Shown here one piece after another: positions 37,378 to 50,871 of a DNA stretch of 64,000 nt (positions are counted from its first letter, which is position 1; each line of letters begins with the position of its first letter). The DNA is from Macrostomum lignano (Eukaryota): the NCBI GenBank assembly GCA_002269645.1, contig NIVC01000299.1, forward strand, positions 186,001 through 250,000, in the 5' to 3' direction. The notes under the pieces were generated by a model that saw only the letters and a list, made by a program, of their open reading frames with translations, had not been told where the DNA came from and did not search any database. Made by a program: the position numbers and the translations under genes.

Positions 37378-40300
37378 TTCCAGTCAATTCGGCGACAACC
37401 GATTCGGCGACAAGTCAGTTCGGCGACAGCCAATTCGGCGAATGCTAATTAAGGCGAATTAAGGCGGATCATTGCATAAAGCTACTAAAACTCGTTAAAT
37501 TTTACATACGTATACGCATAGCCATTCACCCCTGACCATTTATTATAGAAAAATTGTTGGAGTGCTGGACCGGCTGCTCGCCCATGGCGTAACGCTTAAC
37601 ACCGCCAAGTGCCAGTGGGCTGCAGAGTCCGTGCAGTTTCTGGGCTACATCGTCTCGGCGAGAGGCCTTCAGCCGATGCAGTCCAATGTGGAAGCCATCG
37701 AAGCGGTGCCGGAGCCTCAGAACACCGAGGCGGTGGCCTCATTTCTCGGAATGGTAAAGTTTTACTCGAACTTCCTACACAACCTATCCGACATCGCCGA
37801 GCCGCTGCTGCAGCTACTTCGCAAGGACCAGCCTTGGAACTGGACAGCGGACTGCCAGAAGGCCTTTTGGAGGCTTAAGAAAATGGTAGTGTCTCCAACG
37901 TGCCTGCGATTCTTCTGTCCCGACGACAAGATAATCGTGGCCTGCGACAGCTTTGCGCACGCTCTGGGTGCCGTGTTGATGCAAGAAGACAGCGCTGGCG
38001 TTCGCAAGCCAGTTGCTTTCGCGTCGAGGACTCTGTCGGCGACCGAGCGCAAGTACTCCGCGTCAGAAAGAGAGGCGCTGGCATGTATCTTCGCCTGCGA
38101 GCGTTGGCACTACTTCCTGTTCAGCCGGAGATTCGAACTGCACACCGATCACCAGGCTCTGACGACGCTGCTGACGGCTCAAGGCAGCGGCCACCGACCT
38201 TTGCGGCTGCACCGATGGGCCGACCGCCTGCTCGCGTACGACTTCCAAGTGTGCCACGTTCCCGGCAAGAAGAACATCGTGCCCGACTTTTTGTCACGCC
38301 ATGGCGCTTTCGGAGAAGATTGCGCTGAAGATCCGACCGAGCACCAGGTGAATGCCGTATTGTTATCGGGCGCGTTGGAGGTTGTCAGCGCAAGCGAGTT
38401 GGCCGAGGCATCCCTGCAGGACCCGGTAATAAGCGAAGTGATAGCTCTGACGCTCCAGGGGTGGCCGAGCTCCATCAAGCATCTGCGGTCGGAGTTGCAG
38501 CCGTTCTGGAGGATCCGAATGCAGCTGACGGCCTGGAATGACGGCAAGTGCCTGGCCAACGGCACTCGAGCGGTGATCCCCGCATCCCTGAGGGAGAAGA
38601 CGCTGCAGCTGGCACACTTCGGACACCTCGGCGTGAGCAGAATGAAGCAGCACTGTCGGGACGCCGTCTGGTGGCCGCAAATCGACCAGCACATTGAGGA
38701 GTTCGTGCGGCACTGTGAGGCCTGTCTGCTAAGCGAGAAGAATTTCAAGCCATCCAAGACGGTTCTGACCCCGACAAAGTGGCCGACGCGTCCATGGGAG
38801 GAGCTTCAGCTAGACATCTTTGGGGAGCTGCACTCGGCTCCGAACTCCTGCCGCTTCATCCTGGTGCTGTAAGACTTGCACTCAAAGTGGCCGGAGGCTG
38901 CCTGCATGTCAACCATCACAAGCGCTGATGTCATCGACGCCTTGACAACGTGGTTTAGTCGTTGGGGGCTGCCGAAGAGTATCAACACAGATGGAGGGCC
39001 TCAGTTCGTGTCCGGTGATTTCGAGGATTTTCTCCGGCGCTGTGGCATCCAGCATCGGCAGTCGCCGCACTACCACCCTCAGGGCAACGCGGCGGTGGAG
39101 CGTTTCAACCGGTTTCTCAAGGACGGCCTCAAGACGCACTTGGAGGAGGGCTATGACTTTAAGGACGCGGTGAAGGCACTGCTGTGGTCGTACAGAGCCA
39201 CCCCGCATGCACTGACTGGAGTTACGCCGGCGGAGCTGATGACAGGCCGGAAGATCAGCACTCCCCTGACAGCCCTACAGCCAAGGACGGCAGCGCGGCA
39301 CAGACTGGCGGCCGGCATCAAGCGGAAACAGCAGCGAGTTTTCAACCAGCTCAACTCGACCAGGAGACCCCCGCCGACTTTCATGGTCGGCGACTGGGTG
39401 CGGGTGAAGCGGCCGTTCGCCCGTGGCAAGCTAAGCAGCCGCCTGTCCGAGCCTCGTGAGATCTCCCGGATCGCGAGCGCCACCACCGTCATCCTCAATG
39501 ATGGCTCCCGCTGGCACGTCGACAATTGTGTTCGAGTGCCGCGGCCCGCCGGAGCGCTGCCACACTGGCCCGCTACGGCTTCCAGCGCGGCGGCGATTCC
39601 GGCGGAGGCAGCAGAGCCAGCGCAGCCGCAGCAGACAGCCCAGACTGCGGTTCGAGTGAGCACGAGGACGCGAGCGCCTCCACAGTGGTACGGGGAAATT
39701 GTGACGCATTAACTGATTTATTAGTGACTGCTAACTGACTTTCTCACGAATGATGTGCATTTGAAGCCAAATTAGTTGTTTTCAGACTAATATTGCGATT
39801 TAATGCTCAGTGAAATACTCAGTGTGATGATCTACTTTTATTCCTTCGATGCTCAGTCATGCGCTTTTATTCCTTGTTCAATATTTCGACGAATTCGGTT
39901 TTCGCGATTCCACTAATCGGAAGGGAAGGTGAATGTTGTGTTGCTACTCAATGTGTGTGTGTAGTTGTGTGTACGTTCGTTGTACATCTGTTAGCTATCG
40001 ATCGCATTACAATATATGATATATAAGTGAGAGCGCGTTGAGTTTGAGAGCTTGAGAGTTTCGCAAACAAACTTGCAGACTGGCTGGCTTATTCATTATA
40101 CAACAGATACATGGCCATGTATACCATTTTCCCACCTGACCCAACATAATGGGCTTAAATAGTTTGATGGTTGGTTATTTAGGATTATTATTATATTTTA
40201 TATTTACTATACTACCATTGGGGTTAATATAATAAATAATAATTCTTACGGTGTTAGTTATGGTATGTTACATATATACTAGGTTGGTTCGCAACATTTG

Positions 40301-40476
40301 TCAAGAAAAAATCGCCACTTAATTGCTACCAATCGCCAGCGATTTGCTGGCGGCTTTTCAAGAGGGAAATTCTTGTACTTGTATCTCAACATTTGTTTTA
40401 CTGAAATACATTTGACATTTAAAACTGGTAAAAAGCCTGTCGCCAAGTTAACCTGTTGCCAAATTTACTGGTTCCC
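37378..40476. mobile_element. Decayed TIR element with GGCGACA subterminal repeats, interrupted by the Gypsy fragment
   Basis: Left CCAGTCAATTCGGCGAC repeats are mirrored by degenerate GTTGCCAAATTTACTGG on the right. A similar motif set occurs at ~46705-46945. Confidence 0.4.
37562..40105 (+). mobile_element. 5'-truncated Ty3/Gypsy element: end of RT, RNase H, integrase, PPT and 172-bp 3' LTR (39934-40105)
   Basis: FLGYIVS, VACDS...LGAVL, YSASEREALAC, TDHQAL, HFGHLG...CEAC, LDIFG, TDGGPQF, GNAAVERFN. One in-frame TAA at 38870-38872. GGAAGGGAAGG precedes TGTTGTG...CAACA. Confidence 0.9.
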
Positions 40477-43092
40477 TTCTAGCCTACCTATCAAGTCCAA
40501 CTAGTGCACTTGCAATAGAGAAGCTGATACCTAGCTTGAATAATATCATTAGTGGCATTGTGCCACTCTCTACTAATAGTGGCATCAGCAAGGTGGCATC
40601 TTTGACTTTTATGCCAACCATGACAGATGGCAAGCCCATGTAAATGGGTGAAAAATTTTATTTACCACTAACTTTGGCTTTGTGAAAGATGAATTACAAG
40701 CAATTAAACAATCTGGCTAATCTAATAGGCATGGTCTGTTAGTCAGCCAGCCAATTACAACATTGCTACTAGATAATTATAATCATAAAGCAATTTTAAG
40801 AGCAAAAAATATGGCTAGCCCAAGCTGCCAGACCATAAGCACTTAGACCTTTTATATTAATCAAAACACAAATACATTGGTTCCATTTTGTTGTAAACCC
40901 TAAAAATGTTTTTATGCTAATGATAGATCCAAATATTTGGATTTGGAATCTGAATCCAAAAAGATGTTTTACTTTTTTAGAAATACAAATGTTTTGGATT
41001 TGGAAAAATGTTTCCAAATATTTTCAAATATGTCAAATATAAAAAAATCTAGAAACCTAAACAAATTCATGTTCATAGAAGAAATAAAACTTTTGAAATA
41101 ATAAAATATATTAAAAAACTGTGACAGGTAGAAAAGCTGCAATTCCACATTGAGCAATATGCGCTGAAGGTAGCATATCATTGGGCTGACACGCGACAAT
41201 GCTACCCTCAAACATTGCAAGTCTGGCCACACCTGAAGTTCCTAAGGGAACAATTTAGCCACCAGGAAGCCGTTGCTATCCTCTTAGATGTCACTCATCA
41301 TCTCCAGAGGGCCATAAAAGTCAGCCTGCCACCCTCATTAGTGATATTGGACGAGGAGTATCATTGGTTTTTCGCCCAGATTGGTTGGCCATATAATCGC
41401 AATCTCCTGGAGCCTTGCAGGTTTATTTGAACTGTTAATGTGAACTAACTATTGCATTGCCTTTAATAATAGTTTGCTTTTAATAATACTATTGCCTTTA
41501 TAATAGCTTGCTTCCATAATAGTTTTGTTTTATAATAGTTTTGCTTTATAACAGTTTTTCACTTAATTATTGTCTGCCTTTATAAGTTTGCTTGTATTTT
41601 GTACAATCTTTTTTATGCACCAATTTGTTGACTTAGCACCCATATATATCTTTTTTTTGTACTTAGCTGTGCACTTTTAACCTATTTTGCATATTGATAT
41701 CAATTTTTCACTGTATAATAGTATTTTGTTCAAACTTGATATTAAGAGGAAGAAGTTGTGGTAGTGCTTCAATACTGTAATAATGTGGTAGGTAGGTGCC
41801 TCCCACTGAACTGTTTGAATTTTGTCCTATTTTTGGTTGTTAATTTGTTGTTTGTCCCAGGTTTGGCCCTCCGATGTCCACCTTAAGGTGCTACCCTGAC
41901 GTCACCCTCCCGTCATCTACCGCTCCCTGGTTCTGGCCCCCGCCCCCAGTTCTGGCCTTTGTGCCCCTTTATTTGTTCATTGTTAATTTTGCCCATCTTC
42001 TCTATCTTAATCTTTGTTTGGCCCTAATTATGTCTGCAATGTCCATTTTAATTAACATTTATCCCTTTTTATGTTCGTTATGTGCCACTGTATGGACTGT
42101 TCTATAGTATTTATAGCTTGATGTGAGCACCGTCAAAATAGTTGTCCTTTGTTTGTTTAGGTTTTGTTTGTTGCTATTCCTCCTTTACATTTGAACTGTT
42201 AACTTCTTATGCCTTAATACTTGGATACCCAATTACTTGCAAGTTAATCAACAACTAATATTGTCTAATTTATAGTCGCCTTCACGGCACCGCCTTGCGT
42301 CTCGTAATATTTTTCACATTAGTAATAATTATCTACAACTTATCCTACTTTACTAATAAACAAATTCAACTTGTTACTTGTTGCTTATTTAAGACCATAG
42401 CTTATCTTTTAGAGTAATTTGCCCGTGGGGCATAAAATAACCCAGTCTCATCTCAAAGAAAGCTCTAAGACTTCTCAACATTCCGTAATACACAAATTAC
42501 AGTGGTGGCAGCGCTACTCTACTGGAAGTAATCAGTCAAGCATTTGAGGTATATCAATTCGGTGTCCAAGGACCCTATCTGAACACTTGTGCCTAACGAA
42601 GACTGCTTGTCTACAACCAAACTACCCTCTACCCAGAATTGAGGACCCTGGCAGTCGGAGTACCAAGAGAAGTTTCGTTGAGATTTGTCTGTGCAATATT
42701 TCCAGATTTAATTCATGCAAATTCAACATTGGTGGCAATTCAAAATAAAACTGCCCCACCTCATTGGTGTCAGCAAACTAGCTAAAATAGATTTATTGCC
42801 AAATCCCTCACCCCCTTATTTTTCTTTCTCTACCCCTACCTCAATAATATACAATTTCCTAGAAAACTGAATTTGGGCAAAATAAATATTTTGCACCATG
42901 TATTTTGTTTTACTACATGAAATATTTGGGGAAATATTTTTGTTATAAATGTATTAAGAAATCAAGGGTATATATAAGAGTGATTTTGCAATAAATAAAC
43001 TCTGTCTATTAACTGTGAACAAGTATTGCAAACAAAAATAAGCAGTTTAATCTATATATTTCAAAGTCTTTTGAGTTTAATAGTGACTTATT

Positions 43093-44349
43093 CAGTGTTG
43101 GGCACTTCCGTTACCGAGTAACTTGTAAATGGTAACGCAAGTTACTTTTTCATAAAGCGTTCCTTACGCAAGTTACTTTCCTATTTTGGTAACGGAGTAA
43201 CAGTAAGTTACTCAAATTTCAGAAGTCCATTACAGTTACTTTGCAACAATCGCAATATTTAAATTTAAAACTGATATGCTTAGCTATTACTCCAGTTGTC
43301 ACATTTTTAGCATTTTTCATTCCTAAATTCAAAACTAAGTGAATAATATCATACGGTATTACGCTGTAATTAATAAAGAAATACTTGAAACATGTTTTTA
43401 CTTTGTTATTTTCGGTAAAATATTTTTGCTTTTCATTTTTAAGTTAATAAAAATATTTTGTTTAGTTCTTAGAAACAAAAAACTAAAGAAATAAATTCAT
43501 CTGTAGTCTCCACAAATCTACTCAGTGATCGACGTAGCCAGGAATTTTAATTGGGGGGGGGGGCGGGTTGGCCTGGCTGGCCATGCCTCATGCCATTGCC
43601 ACTTTTAGCGCCGCAGGCACTCATTTTAGTTGCGCAAGCACTTATTTAAGCACCGCAAGCACTCATTTAAGTGCCGCAGGCACTCAATCGCCTCATGGTT
43701 TTTGGTACCCGCTACGCCCAACCTTACCCCCCCCCAGGTGGGATGTCTTGCAGGTAGGGTGAAGTTGCCACCCCAACAATTGTTAAGGCGGCCTCCCTGG
43801 CTACACCACTAAAGTCCACTGGCACTGCACTGCACTGCACAATAATTTAATATTATGATAATAATTGAAAATAAATAAAAAGACTAGTAAAGCAGACTAT
43901 AGAGTGGAGTAAAGCCAGGTACTTATTACTAGCAATGTATTATTAAGGACAACTGAAGTTACGTTAAGTTGTCCTTGTGTATTATAACTTATAATGTTAT
44001 TAAAAATTAAATTGCGTTTTGCCTTTAACGTTTCTGACCTTCAGCTTCTTTTCTTTTTACGGAAAGGGCCTAAAGTGATTAAAATTTAATACAGTTACTG
44101 AAATTAATATTGTTTTATTCTTCCTCCTGGCTTTCGCGATCATTTGTGCTGTTCCAGCGCATTTGCAATGTTAAAAAAGCAGAAAATTTTGTTAATAACA
44201 TAGGTAACGGAAGTAAGTAACAGAAATAACTTAAAAGTTACCGGGTTTTTGTATAAAGTTACTAGGCTAACATAAGTTACTTTTTAAAAAGTGGTAACTT
44301 AAGTTACAATAATGCAAGTTACTTTTTTTGAGTAACTTGCCCAACACTG
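43093..44349. mobile_element. Non-autonomous hAT-type element, copy A
   Basis: TIR CAGTGTTGGGCA, 8-bp TSD GACTTATT and many GTAAC/GTTAC subterminal motifs. Confidence 0.92.
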
Positions 44350-45193
44350 GACTTATTCATTTTAAAAAGACTGAGAAATGATTCTAAGAAATTTGCTAAG
44401 AAAGGGAATTGGGACTAATTCTTAGAGATATACTAAGAGAAGCGCCATGACCTTCTAGTCTCGGTAGATGCCCGATTAGGACTAACTAGGCCCCCTAACT
44501 CATGTACCAGTACTAGACCGCTTAGGCCATATATAAGATACTACCAGAGCTATACATAAGATGCTACCAGAGCCATACATAAGATGCTACCATAGCTATA
44601 CATAAGACGCTACCAGCCAGAACATTACTAAGAACGCTACCCAAAAATATATGAGATTCAAACAAACAGTTAGGATTTAAAAAGGCAGAGCTATAAGCCC
44701 TATCACAGCCAGTACCAGCAGTAGGATATTTGTAAGGACAGGACCAAGAAGCCTATCACAATAGTAATATAGACACAACTGCCATGTCTTTAAGTGTGGT
44801 GTATTTTTTATCAAATGGTCAATTTACCACAAATAAAAATGAGACTAGAGTAGGCCTATAGACATTAGACTTAGACATAGTCATAAACTATAGTCTATAG
44901 TAGTATAGAATAGGTAGGCCTAGCCACTTAGGCCTATGTTGAAGAAAATCTCAACAGAGTAAGCCCTAAATATTTCAATATTTAGTTAATTAGATCCATT
45001 TGATTTGAATAATAATTAGGAAATTATGCTAATAAACACCAAGCATGTAGGTGCTTTTTGAAATTTAAAAGCACAATGTGCTTTTGCCTTTTTGCTTTTC
45101 ATATCATAGAAATTATTATGACATGACAATTGACATGTTATATTTATAATACACTAATAGAGAGCAATGATCTGAATCTAACCTAGGTCTATC

Positions 45194-46366
45194 CAGTGTT
45201 GGGCAAGTTACTCAAAAAAAGTAACTTGCGTTACTGTAACTTAAGTTACCACTTTTTAAAAAGTAACTTACGTTAGCCTAGTAACTTTGAACAAAAACCC
45301 AGTAACTTTTAAGTTACTTCCGTTACTTACTTCCGTTACCTATGTTATAAACAAAATTTTCTGCTTTTTTAACATTGCAAATGTGCTGGAACAGCACAAA
45401 TGATCGCGAAAGCCAGAAGGAAAAATACAACAAAATTAATTTCAGTAACTGTATTAAATTTTAATCACTTTAGGCCCTTTCCGTAAAAAGAAGAGAAGCT
45501 GAAGGTCAGAAACGTTAAAGGCAAAACGCAATTTAATTTTTAATAACATTATAAGTTATAATACACAAGGACAACTTAACGTAACTTCAGTTGTCCTTGA
45601 TAATACATCGCTCGTAATAAGTACCTGGCTTTACTCCACTCTACAGTCTGCTTTACTAGTCTTTTTATTTTCAATTATTTGAAATTTTTTTCAATTTTTT
45701 CAATTATTTTTCAATTCATTAATATTAAATTATTGTGCAGTGCAGTGCAGTGCCAGTGGACTTTAGTGGTGTAGCCAGGGAGGCCGCCTTAACAATCGTT
45801 GGGGCGGCAACTTCACCCCACCTGCAAGACACCCCACCAGGGGGGGTGGGGTTGGGCGTGGCGGGTGCATGAGGCATGGCCAGCCAGGCCAACCCGCCCC
45901 CCCCCCAATTAAAATTCCTGGCTACGTCGATCACTGAGTGGATTTGTGGAGACTACAGATGAATTTCTTTCTTTGGTTGTTTGTTTCTAAGAACTAAACA
46001 AAATATTTTTATTAACTTAAAAACGAAAAGCAAAAATATTTTACCGAAAATAACAAAGTAAAAACATGTTTCAAGTATTTCTTTATTAATTACAGCGTAA
46101 TACCGTATGGTATTATTCACTTAGTTTTGAATTTAAGAATGAAAAATGCTAAAAATGTGACAACTGGCGTAATAGCTAAGCATATCAGTTTTAAATTTAA
46201 ATATTGCGATTGTTGCAAAGTAACTGTAACGGACTTCCGAAATTTGAGTAACTTACCGTTACTCCGTTACCAAAATAGGAAAGTAACTTGCGTAAGGAAC
46301 GCTTTACGAAAAAGTAACTTGCGTTACCATTTACAAGTTACTCGGTAACGGAAGTGCCCAACACTG
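45194..46366. mobile_element. Non-autonomous hAT-type element, copy B (inverted relative to A)
   Basis: Same TIR, 8-bp TSD GGTCTATC, and reverse-complement homology to copy A along its length. Confidence 0.92.
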
Positions 46367-47759
46367 GGTCTATCTATAATATATTTAGATCATCTAGGCT
46401 AAGTCACCAACTTCAGTAAGGTAATGTGGTCCACAAATCTGCATTCAAAAAAATGGTACTTTAAAAAGCTTAAGTCACAGGTCGCAAAGTCTTTGAAATC
46501 CACTTAGAAGATTTAAATGTCAAAGTCCGTCGTCGTCTTAGTTTTCGAAGTTAATTTTTTTACATATAAAAACAAATCACTTTTTAGTTTACTTCCTGTT
46601 AAACTAACAAAATATTTAAAAAATAAAATTCGTATCTGAATTACAATATCGAATGCCTGAGTTAGCTTTGTTCATTTGTTTTAACGGGCTACCATGGTAG
46701 TACACACTTGGGCGACAAGACATCGGCGATGGACAATTCGGCGACAAGACTTATTCATTCGTTCATTCATACATGTAGCTCGTGGCGTAGGTTTTTCACC
46801 AAATGTCCACTATCGAGGTCGTTAGTCGCCGATATGGCAAATTACTAGTACTGTCGCCAAAAAGTAATTTGTCCCTATAAATTTTTTGTGTCTTAGACGA
46901 AGTGTCCGGCGTCGAAATGTTTTGTCGCCAAAGTGACTGGCACAAAGAAGTTTTGGCTAAAAAAGGCTCATTGAGAGACCGCAATCCGAGGTCTCGGGTC
47001 GACGTTCCGGCGACCTCCATCGACGTCGATGACGGCCGATGTTCCCGACCTCCATCGACGTCGATGATGGCCGACGTTCCCGATCTCAATCGACGTCGAA
47101 AACAATACATGCAGATATATGCAATTTATTGCACGAAACTTCATCCGACGTATGACGTCGTTATCCATCGATTTATATTAATGTATGACGCATCGGAGTG
47201 CTGTAATCCGTCGCCGACGTCGGATTGCTCTACGATGGACATTCAGGAAGAGCTGTTCGATCAAGATGCTCTTCAGAGAAACTACATGTAGTTTAAAAAA
47301 TCTTAACAGTGCGCAAGTGGTTAATTTGTGAGGTTCCGGGGGGGGGGGGGTGGAAGCTGTGTATGTATTGGAAGACAAAGAGCAGCGCTCCCAAAGGCCG
47401 AAGAACATGCAGCAATTTGTTACAAGCGGTGGAAAAGCCGAAAGTGTGTTGAAGGATTTCGTGAAAGAGGACTTTTTCGTTACCCTAAGGCTCATTCGGT
47501 CCTGATTGAAAATACATCATTAAAATTCTTCATTTTCATTCAGAAAAATGTAAAGTAAATTAAACTGTAATGTCGGAGTTGCCTGCCCAGTAGGCAGCGT
47601 TTACCAGTATACATGTAGAATACGAAATTCAATTGCTCAAGTCTTAGCGTGCTCAAACGATTGCTTTCCCCTGACAGTGCCTCTTCAATAGAAGTTCAGA
47701 GTGCCCGCTCACTTTTCGCAAAGTTGAGCCCCGATCCTACCAATGCCCAGTTTGCTGCG

Positions 47760-48555
47760 GGCATCTGTCTCTGTCTCTGTCTCCTGCCTCTGTTTCGTCT
47801 CTAGTGTTCCTAGTGGTCCTTGCTCCAGATTTGGAGTGCCATTCTGTTTTCCGGTCCCAGGTCACGAGTGCCTTCACTTGTGGGCCTTTTCCCCCTGTCA
47901 CATGACATGTGAGCCTGTCATGTGAGCCAGTCACATGACAGGGCCTTCTTCCTTCTTTAGTCCAAAGTGCAATGGTTTCATCATGGGCTCGCGTTTGGGG
48001 ACATCACGTGCGCTAGGACCCCTGCTTCCTCTGAGGCAGAACCCGCTCGCTTGTTGCTAAAAATAGCAACAGAGTCACTCCTGACTCTCAGCGGGGGTCT
48101 TTCTTGCTATGTGTAATCGATTCTCCCTATAAATGCAGCCCCTCTCATGGCTTGGTTCAGACAAGCCCGTTTTCCGCCTGCGTGCCCGCTTTCCGAGCCC
48201 GTTCCTCAGCCCTTCCTCCGAGATTTCTCTCTCAGTCAGTCTCTAAGTTTGTGTGCCAAGTTTGCGCCTAAGTTTGAACTTCCAAGTCTCCCGACTTTGC
48301 GCGTGCCTGCCTCGAATCGCTCCTGCTATCTATTAGCAGGCCAGCTTAGATCGCCCGAAGCTAGCACCATCGCTCTAACCCCGCACTAGCCCGGCAGGGA
48401 CTGCTGACTGTGGACGCCTCTGCTCGAGAACTGCTAAACCTGCACAAAGTGCTTGACTTTCTCTCGTCTTAGTTATTTGCTTCTACGAGATCAGCACCTC
48501 ACCAAAGGCTGCGACTCTACGAAGCTGGTGGCAGCACTACCTACGCTTCAAGTAC
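47760..48555 (+). mobile_element. Diverged relative of the 36-37 kb LTR, truncated by a satellite
   Basis: Same motifs in the same order: AGTCACATGACAG, ATCACGTGC, GGACCCCT, GTTGCTAAAAATAGCAAC.GAGTCAC, CTATAAAT, AGCCCGGC.GGGA, CTGGTGGCAGCACTACCTACGCT. Confidence 0.65.
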
Positions 48556-48559
48556 TGTT

Positions 48560-49556
48560 TCAGCAAGCATCACATGGCATCAGCAGCATCACATGGCATC
48601 AGCAAGCATCACATGGCATCAGCGGCATCACATGGCATCAGCGGCATCACATGGCATCAGCAAGCATCACATGGCATCAGCGACATCACATGATGGCATC
48701 AGAAAGCATCACATAGCATCAGCAAGCATCACATGGCATCAGCAGGCATCACATGGCATCAGCAGCATCACATGGCATCAGCAGCATCACATGGCATCAG
48801 CAAGCATCACATGGCATCAGCGGCATCACATGATGGCATCAGCAGCATCACATGGCATCAGCAGCATCACATGGCATCAGCAAGCATCACATGGCATCAG
48901 CGGCATCACATGATGGCATCAGCAGCATCACATAGCATCAGCAAGCATCACATGGCATCAGCAGGCATCACATGGCATCAGCAGCATCACATGGCATCAG
49001 CAGCATCACATGGCATCAGCAAGCATCACATGGCATCAGCGGCATCACATAGCATCAGCAAGCATCACATGGGGTGGCATCAGCAAGCATCACATGGCAT
49101 CAGCAGCATCACATGGCATCAGCAAGCATCACATGGCATCAGCGGCATCACATGATGGCATCAGAAAGCATCACATAGCATCAGCAAGCATCACATGGCA
49201 TCAGCAGGCATCACATGGCATCAGCAGGATCACATGGCATCAGCAAGCATCACATGGCATCAGCAGCATCACATGGCATCAGCAGCATCACATGGCATCA
49301 GCAAGCATCACATGGCATCAGCGGCATCACATAGCATCAGCAAGCATCACATGGCATCGGCGGCATCACATGGTGGCATCAGCAAGCATCACATGGCATC
49401 ATCGGCATCACATGGCATCAGCGGCATCACATGGCATCAGCGGCATCACATGATGGCATCAGAAAGCATCACATAGCATCAGCAAGCATCACATGGCATC
49501 AGCAGGCATCACATGGCATCAGCAGGATCACATGGCATCAGCAAGCATCACATGGC
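48560..49556. repeat. 19-23 bp satellite (CAGCAAGCATCACATGGCAT)
   Basis: Tandem array with length-variant units, abutting the 3' end of the lectin exon. Confidence 0.95.
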
Positions 49557-49928
49557 ATGAAAACCGAACGCCTCGAATTCGCAAATCGTAAGATATCGAT
49601 CGCCGCCAGTAATGCGTTGGAAAATTCTGACGCGCGAGCCGAGCCGATGGCGTTGCAGGTGAAGTTGGCCACGGTGAACGGCACGCTGAATCTCACTTGG
49701 TTGCACACGGACCCGTCCACCAGGATGTCGAATAAGTTGAGCCTCTCGGCGCAGCAGTCCTGCCTGTTGTAGATGGTAATGAACGACACGAACGATGGTG
49801 CTGCAAGAGCGGCCTCCCACCACTCGTTTTCGTAGTTTATTAGAGTGTGCGAGCATGACCCAGCAAACCTGTCCGGGTTTTTGTTGCCGTCGATGCCCCC
49901 CGCTTGTGCAGCTGCAGCTTGGTGCGAT
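49548..49928 (-). pseudogene. F-type lectin (fucolectin/FTP) domain exon, frameshifted
   Basis: GIDGN...GSCSHT...WWEAAL...IYNRQDCCAERL...FTCNAIG / SRVRIF...YLTICEFEAF. A 5-bp duplication GAGCC (49636-49645) shifts the frame. Second disruption at the run 49896-49901. Confidence 0.85.
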
Positions 49929-50871
49929 CTGCAGCAGGAACAGAATACATGGCCTGCGTAATGGGCCTCCTCAATACGTGCAGCGCAGTACTAAATGTGT
50001 CTGAATCTCGCGCAACAAATCCCAGTTTGATTCATTTGGGGCCTGTAGCTCGATGGGTTGTCGTGCGATTCACCACCCGTGAGGGTCAACCCAACATGGC
50101 ACAGAGAGTGCACATGCCTGACGATTAGAAAGTCAAGTCAGGGCCGCTGTACAGCCTGTGTGAGCGAGTGTGTGCCTGTGTACAGTCTTTGTGCGCTTGT
50201 ATGTGCTCAGAAGTCAGCGGGAGGGCAGAATTGCCTCACTATGGTTGCGGCACGGTATCGCTGAAGATGTTTCGTCAGTGTCCCCCCAACCCTCTTGCGA
50301 ATGTGTATGTTTTTCGTAGACAGGATTCCAGAATGCCTTGCTGAATCTAGTAGGAGAGGGAATCCGGCCATCACAATGTCCTTCTCGTGAGCCACGAGTG
50401 CTCTCCGAGCAGTCAGTCTCAAGGGTCATCTCCTATTATTATTATTAATATTATTATTATTATCATATCAAACTCACTACGGAGTGGTCAAAGACCAATA
50501 ACACCAATCGTGCCCCATGGCTACGAAGGGTTATAGTGAAAAGTAGTGAAAGAATACAAAGTTAGACGATGGAAGGAGAGCAAGACAAAGAAAATAAAAG
50601 TCAAAATATTGATCAATGTGGTCTTTGAGAACTTGACATTTGAAAATAGATGACTTGATGCCATGATTAGCTAATGCTGCAGGTAGAGCATTCCTTAATT
50701 TATAGTATGTGGGAGTGAAGCACTCCTTTCAAGGAGGTTTCGAAGGAGGAGCTGTGCTGTTTGCTGTTAGAACGGACACCATGGTGTGACTGTAGAGCAA
50801 ACGGAGGGAGAGGCTCATGCTTGGGCGCAACCTAGGGATCCACCCGGCCGTTTCTATTGGCAACACACGCA

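Noticed and set aside
38870-38872. Premature stops (also 4949 and 56853) as evidence for CpA>TpA mutation
   Set aside because: Compatible but uninformative without ancestral codons, since C>T is the commonest route to nonsense codons.
40969-41430. Decayed minus-strand frame (…GWQADFYGPLE…) with four stops revertible by T>C
   Set aside because: Any stop codon reverts to Gln/Arg by T>C, so this does not support hypermutation, and no family could be recognised.
48593-49476. His-rich ORFs (ASHGISKHH..., ITWHQQHH...)
   Set aside because: Translation of a 19-23 bp satellite with constant frame changes; no splice or start context.
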